DNA of 64,000 nucleotides from Desulfarculaceae bacterium (GCA_021737645.1 JAIPDO010000011.1:18985-82984); one strand, 5' to 3'; shown: positions 37,234 through 46,173, counted from the first letter of the stretch. A program made the numbers and translations. The notes: generated from the sequence alone by a model not told the origin.

Positions 37234-38193
37234 ATGAACATTTTGGTCACCGGCGCGGCGGGCTTCATCGGCTCGCGCCTCTCGGAACGCTTGCTGGAGC
37301 TGGGCCACCGCGTGCGGGGCATAGACAGCTTCACCGACTACTACCCCCGTCCCCTCAAGGAAGCCAATTTGGAGGGTCTGCGGGATAGCGAGGGGTTTGA
37401 GCTGCTCGAGGCCGACATCATGGCAGTGGCCCCGGCCGTGCTGCTCAAAGACATGGACGCGGTGGTGCATCTGGCGGCCCAGGCCGGAGTGCGCCGCTCC
37501 TGGGGGGCCAACTTCGCCGTCTACACCCACAACAATATCCTGACCACCCAGCGCCTGCTGGAAGCGGGCAAGGAGATGGGCCTGGGACGCCTGGTCTACG
37601 CCGGATCATCCAGCGTGTACGGCGACACCACCGATCTGCCCATGCGCGAGACCAGCGCCTGCTGGCCGGTTTCGCCATACGGAGTAACCAAGCTGGCCGC
37701 CGAGCATCTGTGCGGCCTGTACCATAAGAACTTCGGCATGGACACAGCCAGCCTGCGCTACTTCACGGTATACGGCCCCCGCCAGCGGCCGGACATGGCT
37801 TTCCACCGCTTTATCCGCGCTCAACTGGAAGGCGGCGCTATCCGCCTTTTCGGTGACGGCGAACAGTCGCGGGACTTCACCTTTGTAGACGACATAGTGA
37901 CCGCCACCATCGCCGCTGTAACCACTCCCGAGGCCACGGGCCAGGTGTTCAACGTGGGCGGCGGCTCCAGGGTGAGCGTGAACCAGGTCATCGCCATGCT
38001 GGAGGATATCACCGGCAACAGCGCCAAGGTGGAGCGCCTGGAGGTGGCCAAGGGCGACGTGCGCGACACCGAAGCCGATTGCACCAAGGCTCGTGATATC
38101 CTGGGCTACGTGCCCAAGGTGAGCCTGGCCCAGGGGTTGGCCGCCGAAACCCAATGGGTGCGCGACAACCTCAAGCTGTTGCAGGAGGTGTAA
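37234..38193 (+). CDS. SDR-family NAD-dependent nucleotide-sugar epimerase/dehydratase (UDP-glucuronate 4-epimerase-like)
   Basis: MNILVTGAAGFIGSRL Rossmann start, DSFTDYYPRPLKEANL, catalytic YGVTK, FTVYGPRQRPDMA. Confidence 0.7.
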   Translation: MNILVTGAAGFIGSRLSERLLELGHRVRGIDSFTDYYPRPLKEANLEGLRDSEGFELLEADIMAVAPAVLLKDMDAVVHLAAQAGVRRSWGANFAVYTHNNILTTQRLLEAGKEMGLGRLVYAGSSSVYGDTTDLPMRETSACWPVSPYGVTKLAAEHLCGLYHKNFGMDTASLRYFTVYGPRQRPDMAFHRFIRAQLEGGAIRLFGDGEQSRDFTFVDDIVTATIAAVTTPEATGQVFNVGGGSRVSVNQVIAMLEDITGNSAKVERLEVAKGDVRDTEADCTKARDILGYVPKVSLAQGLAAETQWVRDNLKLLQEV

Positions 38194-38195
38194 AC

Positions 38196-38369
38196 ATGGC
38201 CTTGAGCACTGATCTCTTGGAAATTCTGGCCTGCCCTGAGTGCAAACAGTCCGTGGAGCTTTCCACCGACGGGTCCTGGCTGGTCTGCGCGACCTGCGGG
38301 GTGCGCTATCCCGTGCAGGACGACATCCCCATCATGCTGCCGGAAGAGGCCCAGCCCCTGGAGGCTTGA
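38196..38369 (+). CDS. Trm112/YcaR (UPF0434) zinc-ribbon small protein
   Basis: 57 aa: LLEILACPECKQ...LVCATCGVRYPVQDDIPIMLPEEA, the typical UPF0434 pattern. Confidence 0.8.
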   Translation: MALSTDLLEILACPECKQSVELSTDGSWLVCATCGVRYPVQDDIPIMLPEEAQPLEA

Positions 38370-39439
38370 GCTTGCCCAAAACCCTGACCAGCGACCCCCG
38401 CCGCGCCCTGATAGTCAAGCTGGGGCACATCGGCGACGTGCTGGTGACCACTCCGGTTATCTCCGCCCTAAAAGAGCGCTGGCCCGACTTGGCCGTGGAT
38501 ATGGTGGTCAACTCCGGCACCGAGGCCATGGTGGCCCACAACCCCCAAGTCAACCAAGTGCTGGTGCTGAGGCGCGAGCATGCGGGTCCGTTGGCCGCGG
38601 CGGCATGGCATCTGGGCTTTTTGCGCCGTCTGCGCGGGGCCGGCTATGACCTCTCCCTGGAGCTTGCCGAGGGCGACCGGGGGGCCTTCCTATCATGGAT
38701 TTCGGGAGCGCGGGTAAGGGTGGGCTTTGCCCCCAAGACGCCGCGCATGCGGGGCAGGGCCTTTCATGTCTTGGCGCCCCGCTGGGACGACCATCACCAC
38801 ATGGTCGAGGCCTTTTTGGGGCAGGTGAAAGCCTTGGGCCTGGAGCCCAGGGACACCTCCCTGAAATTCGAGCCCGGTGAAGATGGCCGGGCCGAAGCCG
38901 CGCGCCTGCTGGCCCAGGCCGGGCTGGAGACGGGGAGCTACGCTCTGGTGCACCCCACCTCCCGCTGGATGTTCAAGTCATGGACCCACGGCGGTAACGC
39001 CGCCTTGATAAACCATCTGGCCGACCAAGGGCTCAAGGTGGTGCTCACCTCCGGGCCGGACCCCAAAGAGCTGGCCATGGCGGAGCAGATAAAGGCCCAG
39101 GCCGAGCCCGGCGCGGTGGCCCTGGACCTCAGCGGCCGCTTGGACCTTTATTCCCTGGGCGGGCTCATCGCCACGGCCCGCCTCTTCGCCGGGGTGGACA
39201 GTGCGCCCATGCACATGGCCGCCGCCCTGGGGGTGCCGGTGCTCACCATCTTTGGGCCCTCGGGCGAGCAAATGTGGGGGCCCTGGCAAGCGCCCAGCGA
39301 GGTGGTGGTGGGCGAGTGCCCGCAGCATCCCTGCGGCCAGGCCGGTTGCGAGGACAGCAAGGTGAGCCGTTGCCTGGTGGAAATGCGGCCGGGCCGGGTG
39401 TGCGAAGCAGTTGACCGTCTTTTGCATAGGACGGGCTAA
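38366..39439 (+). CDS. glycosyltransferase family 9 (heptosyltransferase III-like)
   Basis: ALIVKLGHIGDVLVTTPV N-terminal GT9 motif and VDSAPMHMAAALGVP. The start is TTG 38366 or 38372 (uncertain). Confidence 0.7.
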   Translation: MSLPKTLTSDPRRALIVKLGHIGDVLVTTPVISALKERWPDLAVDMVVNSGTEAMVAHNPQVNQVLVLRREHAGPLAAAAWHLGFLRRLRGAGYDLSLELAEGDRGAFLSWISGARVRVGFAPKTPRMRGRAFHVLAPRWDDHHHMVEAFLGQVKALGLEPRDTSLKFEPGEDGRAEAARLLAQAGLETGSYALVHPTSRWMFKSWTHGGNAALINHLADQGLKVVLTSGPDPKELAMAEQIKAQAEPGAVALDLSGRLDLYSLGGLIATARLFAGVDSAPMHMAAALGVPVLTIFGPSGEQMWGPWQAPSEVVVGECPQHPCGQAGCEDSKVSRCLVEMRPGRVCEAVDRLLHRTG

Positions 39440-39441
39440 CC

Positions 39442-40524
39442 ATGCGCCTGGGCCTTATCCGCTACAAGTACGATTTTACCGGCGGGGCCGAGCGGGTGCT
39501 GGGGCTGCTCACCCGGGGCCTGGCCCAGCGTGGGCACGAGGTGCATGTAATGGCTTCGGCCTGGCAGGGCGAGGTGCCCCAGGGGGTGAGCCTGCATCAG
39601 GTGCCCCCGGCCAAGCCTCCCGTCTGGGCCGCCGCAGCCCTGGATACGGCCCAGGGCCTGGCTTTGGATTCCTTTCTGAGTATGGAGCGGGTGCCGGGCT
39701 GCCCGGTTTTCCGGGCCGGGGACGGAGTGCACGCCGCCTGGCTGGAGCGCCGCGCTGTTTACGAGAGCCGCCTCAAGCGCCTGAGCTTCGGCCTTAACCC
39801 CAAGCACCGGGCTCTTTTGGACCTGGAACGGCGCACCCTGGCCGCTCCGGAGCTGCACTGGGTCATCGCCATAAGCCGCATGGTGGCCGGAGAGCTTGAG
39901 CGCTACTATCAGGTGCCCCCAGAAAAAATCAAGGTCATCTACAACGCAGTGGACGAAGCGGACCTGGCTCCGGCCCGCCAGAGCCGGACCCGGCGCGGCA
40001 AGCGGGAGGAACTGGGCCTGGAACAGGGCAGGCCGGTGCTGCTTTTTCTGGGCTCCGGCTGGGAACGCAAGGGACTGGCTTTCGCCCTGGCCGCCTTGGC
40101 CCGTTTGCCCCAGGCCCTGCTTTTGGTGGCCGGCAGGGACCGGCCCCAGCCCTGGCAAAACAAAGCCCGCGCCCTGGGAGTGGAGGGGAGGGTGAGGTTT
40201 CTGGGTTTGCAAAGCCAAGTGGCTCCCCTGTTGGCCGCGGCCGACGCCCTGGTGCTGCCCACCATCTACGATCCCTGCTCCATCGCCTGTTTGGAGGCCC
40301 TATACGTGGGCACTCCGGTGGTGACCACCGCCGCCGCCGGGGCATCCGAACTGGTTCAAGAGGGGCTCAGCGGCGCGGTGGTCTCAGCCGCCGGGGAGGT
40401 GGAGGAGCTGGCTGCGGCCTGTGAAAAGGCTCTGGCCCTGAACAAGGGCTTCAGCCACCAAGTGCCCAGCCAACAGCAGTGGTTGGCGCAGACCATGGCG
40501 CTTTTGGAAGAAGGCCCCGTCTAG
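39442..40524 (+). CDS. glycosyltransferase family 4 (WaaG-like LPS core glycosyltransferase)
   Basis: MRLGLIRYKYDFTGGAERVL resembles the WaaG N-terminus. The C-terminal half is GT-B (EGF-type motif region CSIACLEALYVGTPVV). Confidence 0.7.
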   Translation: MRLGLIRYKYDFTGGAERVLGLLTRGLAQRGHEVHVMASAWQGEVPQGVSLHQVPPAKPPVWAAAALDTAQGLALDSFLSMERVPGCPVFRAGDGVHAAWLERRAVYESRLKRLSFGLNPKHRALLDLERRTLAAPELHWVIAISRMVAGELERYYQVPPEKIKVIYNAVDEADLAPARQSRTRRGKREELGLEQGRPVLLFLGSGWERKGLAFALAALARLPQALLLVAGRDRPQPWQNKARALGVEGRVRFLGLQSQVAPLLAAADALVLPTIYDPCSIACLEALYVGTPVVTTAAAGASELVQEGLSGAVVSAAGEVEELAAACEKALALNKGFSHQVPSQQQWLAQTMALLEEGPV

Positions 40525-40702
40525 GCAGCCTGCCGTAACTACGAGTAATAAAAACACTTAAATTAATCCCGCCAGTCTTTTTTCGATGCAAATTACCGCG
40601 TGCCGCGGGAAAATGCCTATTGGCAGCCGCCTGACGCTTGCCGTCACTGGGGGCTGATACAGCTTCCCAGCTTGCGCTAAACCTGGCCAAATAGTTAAGC
40701 TG

Positions 40703-40711
40703 TGCTATATT
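40703..40711 (+). promoter_or_regulatory. candidate extended -10 promoter element
   Basis: TGC-TATATT (TGn + -10 hexamer) in the only A/T-rich gap of the LPS cluster. No good -35 element. Confidence 0.3.
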
Positions 40712-40724
40712 TTTGCATTGATTT

Positions 40725-40761
40725 CGTTTGGGCATGGATAGTCCGGCCCAAACGGTTTTTT
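40725..40761 (+). terminator. intrinsic terminator-like hairpin 30 nt upstream of the next start codon
   Basis: CGTTTGGGC (40725-40733) pairs perfectly with GCCCAAACG (40746-40754), with a 12-nt loop, followed by GTTTTTT. Confidence 0.6.
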
Positions 40762-40790
40762 AGGGGAAAAGCAGGAGATAAGATTCTTCC

Positions 40791-41777
40791 ATGAGCCGAC
40801 CCCGGGTTTTGGCTGCCTGTACAACGGCCATTGGCGACACCATGTTTTGCAGCCCGGCCCTGGTCGCCATGGGCCGCAGCTTTGACGTGGACGTTCTGGT
40901 CCACCAAAAGCGCCGCCCTCTGCTGCAGGAAAACCCCTATATCAGCCGCTTGTATCCCTACCGCAACAACGGTTTCAGCCGCACCTACGTGGCCGCGTCC
41001 CTGTCCGCCCGACGTTACCAAAGCCTGGTGGTGTTGCACGCCAACGATGACCTGATCAAGCTTATGCCCCGTTTGCGCTACGAGAGGGCGGTGAATATCC
41101 AGGGCTGGCAGGACCCCAAGCTGCGTTTGGAGGCCCTTCCCCGCAACCCCAAGGTGCACGCGGTGGACGAGCGCCTGCGCCTGGCTCAGTGGGCCGGTGC
41201 CGAGATTCAGCCCCAGGATCGCTTTATGCGCATGTTCCTGCGCCCCGAGGAGGGTGAGTACGCCGAGGGCTGGCTGCGCAAGCTGGGCATGCGGCCGGAT
41301 AAGCTGCGGGTGGGTTTGGTGTTGGGGGCCTCGGCCCAGTACCGCCGCTGGCAAGCGGAGCGTTTCGGTAGGGTCGCCGCGGCCTTGTATTCCAAAGGCG
41401 TGGAGGTGATCCACATTGGCGACGGCAGCGAGCGAGACCTGGCCCGCCGGGCCGAGGAAGCGGCGGGGCGTCGATTTCACAAAGGTTACAACCTTAGCCT
41501 GCGCCTGCTGGGCGCGGTGCTCAGCCGCCTTGATTTGGTGATAAGCAACGACACCGGCCCCCTCCACCTGGGGCAAGCGGTGCAGACCCCGGTGCTGGGC
41601 CTGTTCGGCCCCACCGATCCGGCCAAGGTGGGCCCCCGTGGCCCCCGCGACCGGGTGCTCAAGGTGCCGGCCACCTGCGACCCCTGCGCGGACAAGGGCT
41701 GCCTGGACCCGGTGTGCATGGAGCAACTCCACGAAGAAATGGTCATAGAAACCACCCTGGAAATGTTGGGGCTTTAG
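40791..41777 (+). CDS. glycosyltransferase family 9 (heptosyltransferase-family)
   Basis: 328 aa. AIGDTMFCSPALVAM N-terminal motif, NDTGPLHLGQAVQTPVLGLFGPT, GGAGATAAG RBS. Confidence 0.7.
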   Translation: MSRPRVLAACTTAIGDTMFCSPALVAMGRSFDVDVLVHQKRRPLLQENPYISRLYPYRNNGFSRTYVAASLSARRYQSLVVLHANDDLIKLMPRLRYERAVNIQGWQDPKLRLEALPRNPKVHAVDERLRLAQWAGAEIQPQDRFMRMFLRPEEGEYAEGWLRKLGMRPDKLRVGLVLGASAQYRRWQAERFGRVAAALYSKGVEVIHIGDGSERDLARRAEEAAGRRFHKGYNLSLRLLGAVLSRLDLVISNDTGPLHLGQAVQTPVLGLFGPTDPAKVGPRGPRDRVLKVPATCDPCADKGCLDPVCMEQLHEEMVIETTLEMLGL

Positions 41778-41812
41778 GCCTGAGGCGTTTTTTGTCCTGG
41801 CTCTCTCCTATA

Positions 41813-42895
41813 ATGAATCCCCTGGTGCTGGGGCGGCTATGGGACCGGCCCGGTCCCTTCGACCCCGCCCAGGTGAAGAGCATCCTGGTGGTGCGCAACG
41901 ACAACATCGGGGATGTGTTGTGCACAACCCCGGCGATCCAGGCCCTGCGCGACGCCTTTCCTCAGGCCCACCTGGCCGCCTTGGTCTGCACCCTTAGCCA
42001 GTCGGCCATCCAGGGCCACCCCGCCGTGGACGAGCTTTTCGTATACCCCAAGGCCAAGCACCGCCACTACGGCAAATTCGAGTCCCTCAAGCGCATGGGA
42101 GCCATGTTGGGCCAGGTGCGCAGGCGGCGTTTCGACCTGGCGGTGGCCTTTCGCGACAGCTTTTCCAACTCCCAGGCCTGGTTGGCCTACGCCTCCGGGG
42201 CCCGCTGGCGTTTGGGGCCCGAGGCCAAGGGTAAGAAAAAGCGCTGGGGGTTCTATTACAACCTGCCCGCCCCCTGGCCCCCGCGCCGAGACCATGAGGT
42301 GCTCAGGTGCATGTCCCTTTTGGGCCATATCGGCCTTGACAGCCCCCCCGGCAGGCTGTATCTCAAAGTACCCGAGGATTCCAGGGCCAAGGTGGCGGAA
42401 TTGTTTGCCACTTACGCTTTAGACCCGGACCGGCCCCCGGTGGTGCTCAACATAACCCGCTGGGCCTATCGCCCTGAATGCACCTGGCCTGACGCCAAGT
42501 ATCGCCGCCTGGCCCAGGAGCTTGCCCATCGGCCCGGCGGGGTGGTCATCACCCACGCTCCCGGCGACGAGGCCTGGATCGGCGGAATCCTCAAGGGCCT
42601 GGAGCCCGAACCGCCGGTGTTTTGTTCGCCCAGCCTCAAGGATTTCGCCGCCATGATCGCCGCCGGACGGGCCTTCATCACCCCCGAGGGCGGCCCCATG
42701 CACTTCGCAGCGGCGGTGCATAAACCCCAGGTGGTATTGTGGTCCAGCACCCCGCTGTACAACTGGCGGCCCTGGGGGGTGGACTGCGAAATATTGGGGG
42801 CTACCGGCCCCATAGAGCCCATAGAGGTTGAGGAAGTCCTGACCGCCCTGGAGCGGCTGGAGCAAGGGCGCAAGCCCGGGGAAACAATCCCATGA
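41813..42895 (+). CDS. glycosyltransferase family 9 (heptosyltransferase-family)
   Basis: ILVVRNDNIGDVLCTTPAIQAL GT9 motif and PEGGPMHFAAAVHKPQVVLW. Start at ATG 41813. Confidence 0.7.
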   Translation: MNPLVLGRLWDRPGPFDPAQVKSILVVRNDNIGDVLCTTPAIQALRDAFPQAHLAALVCTLSQSAIQGHPAVDELFVYPKAKHRHYGKFESLKRMGAMLGQVRRRRFDLAVAFRDSFSNSQAWLAYASGARWRLGPEAKGKKKRWGFYYNLPAPWPPRRDHEVLRCMSLLGHIGLDSPPGRLYLKVPEDSRAKVAELFATYALDPDRPPVVLNITRWAYRPECTWPDAKYRRLAQELAHRPGGVVITHAPGDEAWIGGILKGLEPEPPVFCSPSLKDFAAMIAAGRAFITPEGGPMHFAAAVHKPQVVLWSSTPLYNWRPWGVDCEILGATGPIEPIEVEEVLTALERLEQGRKPGETIP

Positions 42896-43908
42896 CCTAC
42901 AGTTTCGATTTGGAGCGCCTACAGGAAGCGGTGCGGCATTTCAGCAGCAAGCGCATTCTGGTGTTGGGCGATGTCATGCTCGACGAGTTCATCTGGGGCA
43001 GGGTGGAGCGCATAAGCCCCGAGGCGCCGGTGCCGGTGGTGGAAGTGGAAAGCGAGACCTACATGTTGGGCGGCGCGGCCAACGTGGTGCACAACCTCAT
43101 CGCCCTGGGCTGCGGGGCCGGCATATGCGGCTTGGTGGGCGACGACCGGGCCGGCAAGCAGGTTTTGGAGCTTCTGGACCAACTGGAAGTATCGCGCAAG
43201 GGCCTTACCGTAAGCCGGGAACGCCCCACCACGGTCAAGACCAGGGTGGTGGCTCACAGCCAGCAAATGGTGCGGGTGGACCGCGAGAGCCGCAGGGAAT
43301 GCCCAGCTGAAGAGTTGGCCAACATGCAAGCCTACCTGGCCGAGGAGCTGCCGCTGTGTGACGCGGTGATAATCAGCGACTACGCCAAGGGGGTGATCAG
43401 CCGGGCGATACTAAACACCGTGCAGGAGCAGGCCCGTTCCGGCAAGCTGGTGGTGAGCGTGGACCCCAAGGTGGTCAACATGCCGCTTTACACCGGGGCC
43501 ACGGTGGTGACGCCCAACCACCACGAGGCCCTGGCCGCCGCCCGGATCAGCCCCCAGGGTGACAAAGCCGTGGAGCGGGCCGGACGCCAGCTCCTGGAAA
43601 ATTTAAACGCCGGGGCCATTCTCATCACCCAGGGGGAGCGGGGCATGACCCTGATCACCCCCGAGGGCATGGACCACGTGCCCACCATGGCCAAACAGGT
43701 GTTCGACGTTACCGGAGCCGGGGACACGGTGATAAGCACCTTGACCCTGGGGCTGGTATGCGGCCTTACCTTGTCCGAAGCCGCGGTGATGGCCAACGTG
43801 GCCGCCGGAGTGGTGGTGGGTGAAGTGGGCACCTCGGCGGTAACCGCCGGACGGCTGTCAAAGGCCCTGGAGAAGGATTTGCATTCCCTCAACAATAGGA
43901 ACAATTGA
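42892..43908 (+). CDS. hldA: D-glycero-beta-D-manno-heptose-7-phosphate kinase (RfaE domain I only, PfkB family)
   Basis: RILVLGDVMLDEFIWGRVERISPEAPVPVV is the RfaE/HldE kinase signature, plus the PfkB motif DVTGAGDTV. At 338 aa there is no adenylyltransferase domain. Confidence 0.8.
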   Translation: MTYSFDLERLQEAVRHFSSKRILVLGDVMLDEFIWGRVERISPEAPVPVVEVESETYMLGGAANVVHNLIALGCGAGICGLVGDDRAGKQVLELLDQLEVSRKGLTVSRERPTTVKTRVVAHSQQMVRVDRESRRECPAEELANMQAYLAEELPLCDAVIISDYAKGVISRAILNTVQEQARSGKLVVSVDPKVVNMPLYTGATVVTPNHHEALAAARISPQGDKAVERAGRQLLENLNAGAILITQGERGMTLITPEGMDHVPTMAKQVFDVTGAGDTVISTLTLGLVCGLTLSEAAVMANVAAGVVVGEVGTSAVTAGRLSKALEKDLHSLNNRNN

Positions 43909-44867
43909 TGCCTACCTACTTGATTACCGGAGGGGCCGGTTTTATCGGCTCCCATCTGGCCCAGGTTTTATCGGACCAGGGTGAGACTGTACGCGTTTTG
44001 GACAACTTGGTTTCCGGCAAGATGCGCAACCTGGAACCAGCGCGCCGAGGCAAGGGTGATTTCAGCTTTTTGGAAGGTGACATCCGCGATCTGGACACCT
44101 GCCACAAGGCCATGGAGGGCGTCGACTACGTATTGCACCAGGCGGCGCGCCCCAGCGTGCAGCGCTCCATCGAAGACCCCTTGGCCTCCCATGAGGTCAA
44201 CGCCACCGGCAGCCTGAACATCTTGTGGGCGGCCAAGGAGGCGGGTGTAAAGCGGGTGGTGGTGGCCAGCAGTTCCTCTATCTATGGCGACGTGGAGCCC
44301 GAGTCGGCTCCCAAGGAGGAAAGCCTGCCTCCCAAGCCGCTGAGCCCCTATGCGGTAAGCAAGGTGGCCATGGAAAATTACTGCACCGCTTTTTACAAAG
44401 TCTATGGCTTGGAAACGGTGCGCCTGCGTTACTTCAACGTGTTCGGCCCCCGGCAAGACCCTGAGTCCCCTTACGCGGCGGTGGTGCCCAAGTTTTTGTT
44501 CGCCCTGACCTCTGGTGAGGCTCCCACCGTGTTGGGCGACGGCCGCCAGAGCCGCGACTTCACCTACGTGGACAACGTGGTGGCCGCCAACCTGGCCGCC
44601 TGCATCGCTCCCGAAGCCCCTGGCCAGGCCATCAACGTGGCCGCCGGGGTTAGCCACGATCTGCTCGATCTGCTCCAGGTGCTGGGCGAGTTGCTGGATA
44701 GCGATATCCAGCCAAAGTTCGGCCCGGCCCGCTCCGGCGAGGTGCGCTACAGCCTGGCCTCCTTGGCCCAGGCCCGCCGGGTGCTGGGCTACGAGCCCAA
44801 GGTGGACTTCCACCAGGGGCTGGCCCGCCTGGTGGAGTTGGCCGTCCAGGGCAGGTATTTGGACTAA
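43908..44867 (+). CDS. SDR-family NAD-dependent nucleotide-sugar epimerase (WbpP/UDP-HexNAc 4-epimerase-like)
   Basis: YLITGGAGFIGSHL, catalytic YAVSK, YFNVFGPRQDP, DGRQSRDFTYVDNVV. Confidence 0.7.
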   Translation: MPTYLITGGAGFIGSHLAQVLSDQGETVRVLDNLVSGKMRNLEPARRGKGDFSFLEGDIRDLDTCHKAMEGVDYVLHQAARPSVQRSIEDPLASHEVNATGSLNILWAAKEAGVKRVVVASSSSIYGDVEPESAPKEESLPPKPLSPYAVSKVAMENYCTAFYKVYGLETVRLRYFNVFGPRQDPESPYAAVVPKFLFALTSGEAPTVLGDGRQSRDFTYVDNVVAANLAACIAPEAPGQAINVAAGVSHDLLDLLQVLGELLDSDIQPKFGPARSGEVRYSLASLAQARRVLGYEPKVDFHQGLARLVELAVQGRYLD

Positions 44868-46132
44868 TGAGTTCCGCCCTCCTCGGCGCAGTGCTCTGGC
44901 AGGAGCACCCCGGCATGGCCGATATGTTCTATCGCCTGGCCAGGCTGTTCGCCTTGGGGCTGGTGTTCATTCTCCCCTTGGAGGCCATCACCGCCGCCCG
45001 TGAGATCGCGGTGGTGGGCATGCTGCTGTTTTTGGCCCTGTTCTTTTGGGCCCGCCATGAATTCAGTTTTCGATCCACGGTGCTTTTCTGGCCCTTGATT
45101 TTCTATGTGGCCACCACGGTGTTCAGCCTGTTCACCGCCGTGGACATGGCCTACACCCTCAAGGAGCTCAGGGCCGAGGTGCTCAAGGGCCTATTGCTGT
45201 TTTACGCCGGGGTGCACCTGATCCAAGACGAGGAAAACCTCAAACAGTTCTGGGGAATGATCCTGGTGGGCCTGGCGGTTATGACCGTGGCCGGGCTGAT
45301 ATTCTTTTTCCACGAAGGCGGTTCTCTGCTCAACCACGCGGTTAGGGCCGGCTCCTTGCACAGCGGCTACGGCACCCTGGGCACCTATCTGGTGCTGGTA
45401 TGGCCTTACCTGCTGCTGGCTCCTTTGCTGTGGACCCGGCGCGGGGCCAAATGGCTTTGGTCGGCCTTTATTCTGGCCACCGGCCTATTGGCCTACACCA
45501 CCTACAACCGGGCCGCCTGGCTGGCCATGCTCTTGCAAGCCGCTTTGTGCCTGGTGATGCTCACCCGCCACCGCCTGCGCACCATGCTGCTGGTGGGGTT
45601 GGCCGCCTTGTTGGTAGCCGGACTTATGTTTACAGCTCCGGGCTCGCGCCACGGGGAGCGTTGGGACCGGCTGGTGACGAGCCCCCTGAAAACCGGGGGC
45701 ACCGCGGGCGATCTTTTGACTCTATGGGCCTATTCCTACAGGCAGGTCAAAAAGGACCCCTTCCGGGGCATCGGCCTGGGACGGCACAGTTTTTCCAAGG
45801 CCTTCCCCGAGTTTAGGGCCACCCATCAGCCTTTGCTGTGGCACGCCCACAACACCTTCGTGGACCTGACGTTGCAACTGGGGGTGCAGGGGCTGGCGGC
45901 CATTTTGCTTATCATGGGAGTGCTGGTGTGGTTTTTGTGGCCCCATTCGCCGCCCGTGGGCGGTGAGGTGGCCCAGTCCTTTGGCGCGGCCACGGTGGCC
46001 GTGGTGGCCGGGTTCTGTTTGCGCAACTTGTTTGATGATTTTTTCGTGGATGATACGGGTATGATGTTTTGGTTGCTGGCCGGTTTGGCCCTGGGGGGGC
46101 GGGAGCTGGTTAGGGCCAGGGCCAAGGCATAG
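44867..46132 (+). CDS. O-antigen ligase-family (Wzy_C/WaaL-like) membrane protein
   Basis: 421 aa, polytopic. A periplasmic loop carries ...GIGLGRHSF...LLWHAHNTFVDLTLQLG, the typical O-antigen ligase H motif. Confidence 0.7.
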   Translation: MSSALLGAVLWQEHPGMADMFYRLARLFALGLVFILPLEAITAAREIAVVGMLLFLALFFWARHEFSFRSTVLFWPLIFYVATTVFSLFTAVDMAYTLKELRAEVLKGLLLFYAGVHLIQDEENLKQFWGMILVGLAVMTVAGLIFFFHEGGSLLNHAVRAGSLHSGYGTLGTYLVLVWPYLLLAPLLWTRRGAKWLWSAFILATGLLAYTTYNRAAWLAMLLQAALCLVMLTRHRLRTMLLVGLAALLVAGLMFTAPGSRHGERWDRLVTSPLKTGGTAGDLLTLWAYSYRQVKKDPFRGIGLGRHSFSKAFPEFRATHQPLLWHAHNTFVDLTLQLGVQGLAAILLIMGVLVWFLWPHSPPVGGEVAQSFGAATVAVVAGFCLRNLFDDFFVDDTGMMFWLLAGLALGGRELVRARAKA

Positions 46133-46173
46133 TAAAATAGCCGCTTTGATGCGGCCATAACAGGAATGACGGC

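Noticed and set aside
40621-40642. TGGCAG...TTGCC, possible sigma54 promoter in the A/T-rich LPS gap.
   Set aside because: The GG-to-GC distance is about 18 nt instead of 12, so it does not fit the -24/-12 geometry.
40451-40735. 94-aa minus-strand ORF in the LPS cluster gap. There is also a 23-codon plus-strand ORF starting near 40594.
   Set aside because: Neither has a Shine-Dalgarno sequence. The 94-aa ORF overlaps the 3' end of the GT4 gene and has Arg/Ala-rich, unstructured composition. There is no evidence of coding.
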